A stretch of 30,631 nucleotides of DNA, taken from the IMG/VR virus record IMGVR_UViG_3300035670_000939, positions 1-30,631 of that record. One strand, 5' to 3'. Under the pieces are notes generated by a model that saw only the letters and a list, made by a program, of their open reading frames with translations, had not been told where the DNA came from and did not search any database. A program made the position numbers and the translations under genes. The DNA comes from a virus. The stretch's first letter is position 1, and the number at the start of each line of letters is the position of its first letter. This document shows positions 23,705 through 30,631 of the stretch, one piece after another.

Positions 23705-24744
23705 TAAAATATTTTGTTTTTATAGATTCTTTTATTTTGTACCGAATAATAACCTTCTTTGTCCTTTTCAAGTATTGCAAATCCTTGTGAGTAATTATCA
23801 ACGTGTTTACAATATTCTACGTTAGGATGCATCAAATGTCCAGTTGTCCAGCAAGTGAACACTTCTTCGTCAAATTGATTCTTAGTTGTGTAAGATTGTA
23901 CTTGGTGAACGTGCGAAGCTATTGCCGATTGCTTAACCCTATCGTAAAGAGTTTTAGCAGGGTTTACACCGCTTCCACGTCTAAAAGTTGTATCTCCGTG
24001 TATAATTGGTAATTTACCAAACTTAACGTGGTCAATATTTTTAATTGGTATAATGTTAAATGTGTTTAGCATTAATATTTCCTCAATGTCAAATTTGCCG
24101 TTTAAACCCAATAACTCTGGCGCTTTAGTACGCATATACCTTTCATAGCGGAATTCATGGTTAGAATCTAAGTTATAATAGATTGGAATGTCTTTGAATG
24201 TTGCTCTAATAAATCCAAGCATCTCAATAATCGCCTCGTATTCTTCGTCAAACTTTCTTACTCTTGGGTCTTTTTGGAAGTCGCTTAACTGATAGAAATC
24301 AACCAAATCACCATTAATAAATAATGAATCAATCTTTTGGTCTAACAAGTATTTAAAACAAACATCAATTGCTTTTGGGTCGTGAAATGGAACTTGTAAA
24401 TCACTAATAAATCCCATTTTCTTAATACCAATAGGTAAAGTGTAAATAACCTTTTCTTCAACCCAAGTTGGTGGTTGCACAAAGTTTGAAGCCGTACGTT
24501 TGAATTCCTCAATAAATTGTACGTTTTTGCCTTTTACACCTCTACCATCTCCAGTTTTACCTCTATAATAACGAATTAAGTATCTAACACTTTCGTGATT
24601 GTCAAAGTGTGCGCTTTGCTCCTTCATAATCAAAGAAGCTAAAGTATGCGAAGGCATCCAAGTTGGGTATTTAGCCAAATAGTCAAGGACTATCTCGCCA
24701 CTTATTGTTATTTTTTTACCGCCTTTGTTTTTTGTTGTTGCCAT
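23704..24744 (-). CDS. Calcineurin-like metallophosphoesterase with an ~100-aa N-terminal extension
   Basis: ISDLQVPFHD, INGDLVD, DSNHE, IIHGD, ASHVHQ and TGHL match the metallophosphoesterase motif series. Confidence 0.75.
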   Translation of the reverse strand: MATTKNKGGKKITISGEIVLDYLAKYPTWMPSHTLASLIMKEQSAHFDNHESVRYLIRYYRGKTGDGRGVKGKNVQFIEEFKRTASNFVQPPTWVEEKVIYTLPIGIKKMGFISDLQVPFHDPKAIDVCFKYLLDQKIDSLFINGDLVDFYQLSDFQKDPRVRKFDEEYEAIIEMLGFIRATFKDIPIYYNLDSNHEFRYERYMRTKAPELLGLNGKFDIEEILMLNTFNIIPIKNIDHVKFGKLPIIHGDTTFRRGSGVNPAKTLYDRVKQSAIASHVHQVQSYTTKNQFDEEVFTCWTTGHLMHPNVEYCKHVDNYSQGFAILEKDKEGYYSVQNKRIYKNKIF

Positions 24745-24754
24745 AGTTTATTTT

Positions 24755-25357
24755 TTATGCGATTGAGTTTAGTATCAAATCAGCTTCTTCTTCTCGCCTC
24801 TTAACCAATCCATCCAAGCCTTTATTTTCCCAAAGCCTTTTTGACCTTTCTATTTGGTCTGCTATCCCTTCGTAATCCTGTTTAGCTACAAGGTCAACTA
24901 TTGTCCTCATTTCCTTTCTTGAATCGCCTTCTATCTTATTTCCCCTATTATATACCATAGAAACCAAAGCACCCCTTGTATCTTCATTTAACGAATCTAT
25001 TTCGGGATATATTGCCTTTGTCATTTTATAGTACTTAGGTAAAGATTTATTTACGAATACATCGTATGCAAAGTTGTATGGAATCCTAACTTGTAGAATT
25101 TCGCCTCTTATCATCGGTTTAACGGCTTCGCCTTTGATTCCGACCACTTTTCTTAGTGCGTTAAGGAAGTTTAAATTTAAGCCATCCCAATCGCTAAAGA
25201 ACTGCTTTTCGGTAACATATCCGCAATCATAGCCAAGCCCAATTGTAACCCCCGAATCACCACCAGCCCAAATAGGCTTTTGATAACGTTTCTCGTAAAC
25301 GGCTCTGCCTCCAACCTCGTGCTTGATAATCATTTCAATTGCTTTGCGACTAATCAT
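24755..25357 (-). CDS. Endolysin, lysozyme-like (GH24/pesticin-lysozyme type)
   Basis: IIKHEVGG...GVTIGLGYD...SMVYNRG...GLVKRREEEADL, in the position after holin-like genes. Confidence 0.7.
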   Translation of the reverse strand: MISRKAIEMIIKHEVGGRAVYEKRYQKPIWAGGDSGVTIGLGYDCGYVTEKQFFSDWDGLNLNFLNALRKVVGIKGEAVKPMIRGEILQVRIPYNFAYDVFVNKSLPKYYKMTKAIYPEIDSLNEDTRGALVSMVYNRGNKIEGDSRKEMRTIVDLVAKQDYEGIADQIERSKRLWENKGLDGLVKRREEEADLILNSIA

Positions 25358-25440
25358 AACACAGATTTAATAAAGTAAACAATACTTATTGCCCAAAACA
25401 ACAAAGCAACCTTAAAAGCTAATTTTTCGTTCTCTTTCAT
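25354..25440 (-). CDS. 28-aa single-TM peptide in the lysis cassette
   Basis: My translation: MKENEKLAFKVALLFWAISIVYFIKSVL. It has a TAATG overlap upstream and an ATGA overlap with the endolysin start. Confidence 0.35.
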   Translation of the reverse strand: MKENEKLAFKVALLFWAISIVYFIKSVL

Positions 25441-25634
25441 TACTTACTAAATTTATCAATAGTTGTTAAACCAGCAAATGCCATTGTCATATAAAATACC
25501 AAATCCCCTAAATGGTCATCCTTACTTATCAAAAAGGTTGTATAAAGACAAATAGCACCAATAAAAGCTAAAATCCTCTTATGGCTCATAGCACCAACCT
25601 CATCACTAAACATTGAAATAATAAACTTCTTCAT
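25440..25634 (-). CDS. Two-TM holin/antiholin-like protein
   Basis: 64 aa with hydrophobic segments ILAFIGAICLYTTFLI and LVFYMTMAFAGLTTI. Confidence 0.55.
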   Translation of the reverse strand: MKKFIISMFSDEVGAMSHKRILAFIGAICLYTTFLISKDDHLGDLVFYMTMAFAGLTTIDKFSK

Positions 25635-25635
25635 A

Positions 25636-26175
25636 TTAGAATTTTTTATAGTAACCGAAAGAATATCCGTTCATTGTTGCCGTTGCCGTATATAAGGTGT
25701 TTTTAGCCGTTTTAAGTGCAATTGAACCACCTATGCCAATTTGCCTATTATCGTGCCTTAAATCGCCTATAAATCCCAAATAAAGCTGATTCTTTGACTT
25801 TTGCTCTATTAACTTAGTAATTGTTATTGTTGGTAGGTTAAAATTAGCACTAAATCCCCTTCCTTGTATCTTATTTTGACTGATTGTGTCTTCAATGTAT
25901 GCGTATCCTAAAGTGTCTATGCGTATTGTATCGGAAAAAACCTTTACTTGGTTATAATCCTTAACGATAGTAATTGTGTCCTTGATTGTGTCTATTAGGT
26001 AAATAGTGTCTAAAACGACAAAAGGGATTGATTTCCCTTTAATGTACTTTGTAAAAGTTTTCTCTTGGTAAACTGTATCCTTTACTATTGAAGGGTCAGT
26101 TTTAGTGTATCGTGCTTCACTTCCGATAAAAAAGATAAGAACCGCTATTAATAGAACGATTACTACATCTTTCAT
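25636..26175 (-). CDS. N-terminally anchored beta-rich envelope protein with DT(I/V) repeats (candidate lysis accessory/spanin-equivalent)
   Basis: N-terminal TM segment VVIVLLIAVLIFFIG, seven DT(I/V) motifs and a C-terminus YSFGYYKKF ending in an aromatic residue. It is embedded between two holin-like genes. Confidence 0.4.
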   Translation of the reverse strand: MKDVVIVLLIAVLIFFIGSEARYTKTDPSIVKDTVYQEKTFTKYIKGKSIPFVVLDTIYLIDTIKDTITIVKDYNQVKVFSDTIRIDTLGYAYIEDTISQNKIQGRGFSANFNLPTITITKLIEQKSKNQLYLGFIGDLRHDNRQIGIGGSIALKTAKNTLYTATATMNGYSFGYYKKF

Positions 26176-26348
26176 TACTTGAATCTTTTAGTAGCTTTTA
26201 TGTAATACCTCGCAGCTAAAATTCCAGAAATAATAGCAATCAAACTCGCTATAAGGGAAACTATGGGTTGCACATTCGCAACACTAATAAAGGCGGTTGT
26301 TCCGCTAACAATAGTTAATAAGTCCGATTGATTGCTATTATGTACCAT
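26175..26348 (-). CDS. 57-aa holin-like membrane protein
   Basis: My translation: MVHNSNQSDLLTIVSGTTAFISVANVQPIVSLIASLIAIISGILAARYYIKATKRFK. It has a basic C-terminus and a TAATG overlap with the next gene. Confidence 0.5.
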   Translation of the reverse strand: MVHNSNQSDLLTIVSGTTAFISVANVQPIVSLIASLIAIISGILAARYYIKATKRFK

Positions 26349-26349
26349 T

Positions 26350-26493
26350 TTAGTCTTCTTTTACTTCTGTTTGTGGGTTCTGCTCTTGTGCAATTTTACC
26401 TAAATAACCTAAAATTGGATTAGCAAACTTTGCTGGAATCTCCATTAAATACGCTTCTAATTCTTTGATTTGTGTTTCTGTTAGTTGTAACAT
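26350..26493 (-). CDS. 47-aa soluble protein, first gene of the lysis block
   Basis: My translation: MLQLTETQIKELEAYLMEIPAKFANPILGYLGKIAQEQNPQTEVKED. Its stop is 1 nt from the next ATG. Confidence 0.4.
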   Translation of the reverse strand: MLQLTETQIKELEAYLMEIPAKFANPILGYLGKIAQEQNPQTEVKED

Positions 26494-26511
26494 AGTTTTT
26501 TATTTTATATA

Positions 26512-26519
26512 CAAATATA
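26512..26519 (-). promoter_or_regulatory. Candidate -7 box TATATTTG upstream of the lysis block
   Basis: The minus strand matches TAnnTTTG 18 nt before the ATG at 26493. No clear -33 element is present. Confidence 0.25.
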
Positions 26520-26538
26520 GTTAAATACTTTAAATTTC

Positions 26539-26871
26539 CTATGGGTTCACAAAAGGCAAAGGCAAAGTAATAATTGGAGGGTTGATAATGTTCTCTATTT
26601 GTTGGTCTAAGTTAGCATCCAAAGCTGGAACATCTAAACCAGCATCCAACCAGCCACATACTTGCTCATAAGTTAAGTCTGGGTATGCAGTAAAGTCTGT
26701 TTCACTCGGAGTAGCACAAGCCATAGTTCCATAAACTGATACGAAGATAGGTTCAGCACCAACTATCTTAGTAGCGGTACGAGTCCAGTGTACAGTTTGA
26801 ACCACATCCATTAATTGTCCTTCTTGAGGAACACAATTCATTTGATTAATCACCCATTGATATTCTGTCAT
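26539..26871 (-). CDS. Hypothetical acidic protein downstream of the tail fibre (possible fibre accessory)
   Basis: 110-aa ORF. The function is guessed from position only. Confidence 0.5.
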   Translation of the reverse strand: MTEYQWVINQMNCVPQEGQLMDVVQTVHWTRTATKIVGAEPIFVSVYGTMACATPSETDFTAYPDLTYEQVCGWLDAGLDVPALDANLDQQIENIINPPIITLPLPFVNP

Positions 26872-26882
26872 AATTTATAAAT

Positions 26883-29800
26883 TTATTTATTTTCTAATTG
26901 TTTTACTCTAGCTTCTAACTCTTGGATAGCTTTTACTAATATTGGAACTATTTTAGAATAGTCAACACCTTGCATTTCTTCACCGTCTTTTTCTCCTCTA
27001 ACTGCATAAGGTAATATTTCAGCAAATTCATGTGCAATAACTCCATATGCTCTTGTATTATCTGCTTTCCACTCATAATCATATGTTTTAATTGCAGAAA
27101 CTAAATCCAACCCGCTAAAGTCTTTAAAATCTTGCTTTAGTCTATAATCTGATGAAGTAGGAAAAGAAGTTGATGTGTCGCTATAATCAACTCCTCCAAC
27201 ATATGTTCCATTATGATAGTTAGCTATTGCACTATTTGTTCCAGTTGATGTTTTTACAATATTTATTCTACCGCTTCCATTAGCTGCTTTATAAATTTGT
27301 AAACCATTTTCATTTGTTGCAGTACTTGTTTTACCAACTAATAAATCACCACCCGAAGTGATTCTCATTCGTTCAATATTGCTTGTACCAAATGTTAAAG
27401 CATATCCACTTTGCTCAAAGAAATTAATTGAACCATCCCCTGCATTTGCTTGTATTCTACCAACTGCATTACCTCCTCCATCTTCAATTCTAAATATAGC
27501 TGAACCAGAAGTTGCTTTAACGTGTAAATTAGCACTCGGACTAATCGTTCCGATTCCTACGTTACCACCAGTAAAAGCAAATCCACCACTATTAAAAATA
27601 GTATTATAAGGTGCAGATGTATTAATTGTCATTGTACCCCAACTACCCCCAGCACCAGTCCCCCAATCTAAAATCTTAGTATAGTCAGCAACTCCACTTC
27701 TTATTGTTAATGGATAATTACCAGAAATAGTGCCACCAATTCCCACACTACTTGAGAATGTAGCAGCACCAGTAGAACGAGCAATATTAAACACTACACT
27801 TGATGTTCCATAACTATAAATAGATAAATCTGAAGTTCCAGTAGATAATGGGTTTTGACCTATTAAAAAATCAGAAGTACCATTTGTTTGATAAAATATA
27901 CCATCTGTATAGGCAGAACTTGCACGATTAATAAATAATTTTGTATTTGTAGATGGATTTGCTAAAGTAAAATCTCCACTAAACGTTGCACTTGTACCAC
28001 TTAAAGCACCAGTCAATGTACCACCAGTTAAAGGTAGGTAGCTTGAAAGGTTTGATGTAAGGGCAACTGTACCTGAAGCGTCAGGTAATGCATAAGTTCT
28101 TAAAGCAGTATTATCAAAAGTAAATTCTGCACGATTTGTAGTACTATCTGGAGCTAAAATTAAAGAATGCAATGTTCCTACAACTTTAGTATTAAGAGTT
28201 AAATATCCACCTGTTGAAACAACACCAGAAGTAAGTTTAATCCCTAAAGCTTCAACTTTAGTAGATAAAGATGTAAATGTTTTATTACCACTTATGTCTT
28301 GTGCCGTTGCTAATGTTACATAAGAACCTAAATCACTTGTCAATGCTATTGTACCTGAAGCATCAGGCATTGTATAAGTTCTTGTAGTATTATTAGTTAA
28401 AGAACCAAAATCAAATCTTGCATCTTTTAATGCTGCACCACTTGAAATATCACTAATAAAAGCAAATACACCATTAGATAAAGCCGTAATTGAATTATAT
28501 CCAACATATGATGAATTTGATGAACCTATTTTTAAATTTATTTGTCCAGATGTTGTTCCAGAAGGATTTGAAAATATTCCTGCTCCTGTTAAAGTGTATG
28601 CACCCAAATCAACACTACTTGTAGCACCAGTGTAAGGTACATAAGCACTTAAATCGCTTGTTAATGCTAAAGTTCCATTTTCATTAGGTACAATTATAGA
28701 TTTGTTAGATGTAGCATTAGATGTTAATTGTGTTGCACCACCTGAACCAGTAAGACCTAATGCAGTAGTATTTGTAAATCCGTAATTAATAATACTACCA
28801 TAAAAAACAGCTGCTTTATTGTCTTGTAAAATAAGTATGTTTTGAGCAGCACTATTATTGAAAACAAATCCACCTGCAACTTTTGAATCAAATTGAAAAT
28901 ATGTACTATCTGATGTAATACTACCTTTTAATACATTATTTACATAAAATAAATTACTTGCAGATGAACCAGTTGGTACAGATACACTTAATTGACTTGT
29001 AGTTAAACCATATGTACCTAAGTCAACACTTCCTGTTGCTCCAGTATATGGAACGTAATCTGATAAATCTGATGTTAATGCTAATGTTCCTGAAGCATCT
29101 GGTAAAGTATATGTTCTTGTAGCGGTTACACCTGAAAATCCTAAATAAACCGCCTTAGTTATTGTACTAACAGTTGATAAAATATTTAATCTATAATCAT
29201 TAGAAGATAAAATTGTGTACCCATCTTCAAACGAAGGAGTTGCTCCATTCTTAATAGCGTAGCTACCACCACCTCCATTACCTTCTGCATAAAATGTTCT
29301 TGCTTTAAGAAAGTTAACTCCTAAATCAACATCAGAAGTCGCACCAGTATAAGGAACTTTGTTATTAAACGTATTCCAATCCGTTGAACTTAATTTACCA
29401 GTATTTGTAGCCGAAGCAATAGGTAAGTTAAAAGTATGCGTATCCCCACTTGAAACGATAGCGAAGTTTGTTCCGCTTGTTCCTGTGGTTAAGTATTGCT
29501 CTTGGTCAGTCAAGCTATTCATTGACAAAATACCCTTAGAGAAAGTAGTTACGATTTGGCAAAGTCTATTGTCCTCTGTATAAAGATTAACTGTTTTACT
29601 TGCCACATCAACATATATTCTAATGGCTAATCTATCTGTAACCGCTAAAGGTGTTTCTGGGAAAGCCACACTTGTATAGTATGCATCAATTGTTGTAGTG
29701 TTTGTTAATTGCTCTGGAGTAGCCGAGTTAGTCGCAATCAAAGTAAAAGTACTACCATCGTACTTGTAAAACTCTACATAGAAAGAAGCTAAAGAACCAC

Positions 29801-30185
29801 TTGAAGCACTTACATTCATAAAGAACTCAATGTTCCAGTTTCCGCTTGGGATAGAAGATAAGTCAGGGTCTCCAGCATCCGTAATAAATTGAGCAATTAA
29901 ACCATTCGTAGAAGCAGAGAAATTAGTTCCAACACCTGTTATAGCATTCTTACTCATTTGATAGTAAGTAGAACCACCAAAAGTGCCTTGATTGACACTT
30001 CCGTTTAGATAGTAAGATACCGAACTACCCCCACCTGTTACAGTTGGAATGTCAGCCAAAGTACCATCACCTCTAACGTATTGAGAAGGTAAACCATCTA
30101 AAGCGGTTATTACACCATCATTAGCCACTACTGGACCTTGTATGTCCCTTATCTTTGCTTCACCTGTAACTTGTAATTGACTCAT
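26883..30185 (-). CDS. Tail fibre with internal repeat modules and a C-terminal intramolecular chaperone (peptidase S74-like) domain
   Basis: The C-terminus SSDYRLKQDF...YDYEWK...YGVIAHEFAEILPYAV...VDYSKIVPILVKAIQELEARVKQLE carries the S-D-x-R-x-K autoproteolysis signature. The module (R)TY.LPDASGT.ALTS.LS.Y.P.TG occurs four times. Confidence 0.85.
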   Translation of the reverse strand: MSQLQVTGEAKIRDIQGPVVANDGVITALDGLPSQYVRGDGTLADIPTVTGGGSSVSYYLNGSVNQGTFGGSTYYQMSKNAITGVGTNFSASTNGLIAQFITDAGDPDLSSIPSGNWNIEFFMNVSASSGSLASFYVEFYKYDGSTFTLIATNSATPEQLTNTTTIDAYYTSVAFPETPLAVTDRLAIRIYVDVASKTVNLYTEDNRLCQIVTTFSKGILSMNSLTDQEQYLTTGTSGTNFAIVSSGDTHTFNLPIASATNTGKLSSTDWNTFNNKVPYTGATSDVDLGVNFLKARTFYAEGNGGGGSYAIKNGATPSFEDGYTILSSNDYRLNILSTVSTITKAVYLGFSGVTATRTYTLPDASGTLALTSDLSDYVPYTGATGSVDLGTYGLTTSQLSVSVPTGSSASNLFYVNNVLKGSITSDSTYFQFDSKVAGGFVFNNSAAQNILILQDNKAAVFYGSIINYGFTNTTALGLTGSGGATQLTSNATSNKSIIVPNENGTLALTSDLSAYVPYTGATSSVDLGAYTLTGAGIFSNPSGTTSGQINLKIGSSNSSYVGYNSITALSNGVFAFISDISSGAALKDARFDFGSLTNNTTRTYTMPDASGTIALTSDLGSYVTLATAQDISGNKTFTSLSTKVEALGIKLTSGVVSTGGYLTLNTKVVGTLHSLILAPDSTTNRAEFTFDNTALRTYALPDASGTVALTSNLSSYLPLTGGTLTGALSGTSATFSGDFTLANPSTNTKLFINRASSAYTDGIFYQTNGTSDFLIGQNPLSTGTSDLSIYSYGTSSVVFNIARSTGAATFSSSVGIGGTISGNYPLTIRSGVADYTKILDWGTGAGGSWGTMTINTSAPYNTIFNSGGFAFTGGNVGIGTISPSANLHVKATSGSAIFRIEDGGGNAVGRIQANAGDGSINFFEQSGYALTFGTSNIERMRITSGGDLLVGKTSTATNENGLQIYKAANGSGRINIVKTSTGTNSAIANYHNGTYVGGVDYSDTSTSFPTSSDYRLKQDFKDFSGLDLVSAIKTYDYEWKADNTRAYGVIAHEFAEILPYAVRGEKDGEEMQGVDYSKIVPILVKAIQELEARVKQLENK
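28008..29117 (-). repeat. Four dispersed repeat modules within the fibre gene (29016-29117, 28602-28700, 28311-28382, 28008-28100)
   Basis: Protein repeats are RTYTLPDASGTLALTSDLSDYVPYTGATGSVDLG, SIIVPNENGTLALTSDLSAYVPYTGATSSVDLG, RTYTMPDASGTIALTSDLGSYVTL and RTYALPDASGTVALTSNLSSYLPLTGGTLTG. They are also similar at the DNA level (for example cctgaagcatc[t/a]gg). Confidence 0.85.
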
Positions 30186-30191
30186 AATATT

Positions 30192-30631
30192 TTATTGAAA
30201 TAATCCTCTAATATATTCCCCAGCTGCTAATGCTCTACCAAAAGTAAGAACACCAGTTGCTGATACAAATTTAACATCATCCCCAGTTGGAGTACCTGTT
30301 GTTAAAATGTTTTGTGCATCCACACCACCTCTTGAAACGTAAAGACAAGCATATCCAATCGTGTCCGCAAAAGTTATTGAAGTTTCACCACCAGTAGCCG
30401 TGTAACCTTTTGTCTTAACAGGGTTTGCACCTACGATGATAACTCCGCTTGGGTCTACTTGTGTTCCTGTTATGTTATAAGCACCACTACCTTGTAAACT
30501 CACGTTGTAAGTAGCCACATCTTTATAAGGTGCGTTCATCGCAATGCTCGTTATATTGCAAATTCCGTTGATAATAGTTAAACCATCAACTCCGTTATCC
30601 ACCACAAACTTAATCTCTATTGGTTCTCTAT
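30192..30631 (-). CDS. C-terminal part of the junction-spanning 230-aa tube-like structural protein
   Basis: This frame has no stop from 30631 down to 30192. The track's M at 30605 is a GTG inside ...KFVVDNGVDG, and the true ATG is at window position 304. Confidence 0.7.
   Translation of the reverse strand, partial: REPIEIKFVVDNGVDGLTIINGICNITSIAMNAPYKDVATYNVSLQGSGAYNITGTQVDPSGVIIVGANPVKTKGYTATGGETSITFADTIGYACLYVSRGGVDAQNILTTGTPTGDDVKFVSATGVLTFGRALAAGEYIRGLFQ
30581..30631. repeat. Terminal direct repeat, right copy (identical to 1-51)
   Basis: Direct comparison of the two window ends. Confidence 0.95.

Noticed and set aside
3058-29583. All plus-strand ORFs in the track (for example 3058-3333, 3652-3894, 5356-5736, 9098-9640, 9852-10130, 10556-10822, 11399-12095, 12990-13199, 13525-13758, 13962-15032, 17943-18131, 18648-18863, 19814-20065, 20847-21059, 23461-24012, 27358-27609, 29359-29583)
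   Set aside because: Each lies entirely antisense to a well-supported minus-strand gene. Their composition is low-complexity and rich in Leu, Ser, Phe and Pro, as expected for shadow frames. None has a recognisable motif.
1-30631. Search by eye for tRNA genes, CRISPR arrays, integrase/attP and IS elements
   Set aside because: I saw no T-loop-like GGTTCGAAT motifs, no regularly spaced repeats outside coding regions, no tyrosine- or serine-recombinase motifs and no terminal inverted repeats. The only mobile elements found are the HNH genes.

Overview
The window looks like one complete, circularly closed genome of about 30.58 kb from a tailed dsDNA phage with siphovirus-type architecture. Bases 1-51 are identical to bases 30581-30631, and one ORF reads in frame across that junction. 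Every credible gene is on the minus strand; all plus-strand ORFs in the track look like antisense shadows. Reading in the direction of transcription (descending coordinates), the layout is:
- Regulatory gap with two tandem terminators, phased palindromes and a promoter-like element (23054-22767).
- Early, replication and recombination genes (22766-13856): RHH regulator, a DnaA domain-IV-only protein, RecT, a small protein with an SSB-like tail, an HTH protein, a replication initiator containing iteron-like repeats, NinG, two HNH endonucleases and a ParB-methyltransferase fusion.
- Packaging and head genes (13832-7823): TerS, TerL, portal, MuF-like protein, prohead protease and HK97-type capsid protein.
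- Neck and tail genes (7734-823): the tail chaperone pair here needs a +1/-2 frameshift at an A10 run, not the usual -1.
- An HNH endonuclease sitting inside the tail module (797-306).
- The junction-spanning tube-like protein, a 1100-aa tail fibre with internal repeats and a C-terminal S74-type chaperone domain, and a tightly coupled lysis cassette (26493-24755).
- A four-gene accessory block (24744-23055) that ends at the tandem terminators.

I found no integrase, CI-type repressor, DNA polymerase, helicase, primase, tRNA or CRISPR array. AT-rich leaders without Shine-Dalgarno sequences and recurrent TAnnTTTG motifs suggest a Bacteroidota (Flavobacteriia-like) host, but that is inference. 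All product calls come from motif recognition by eye; no database search was run.
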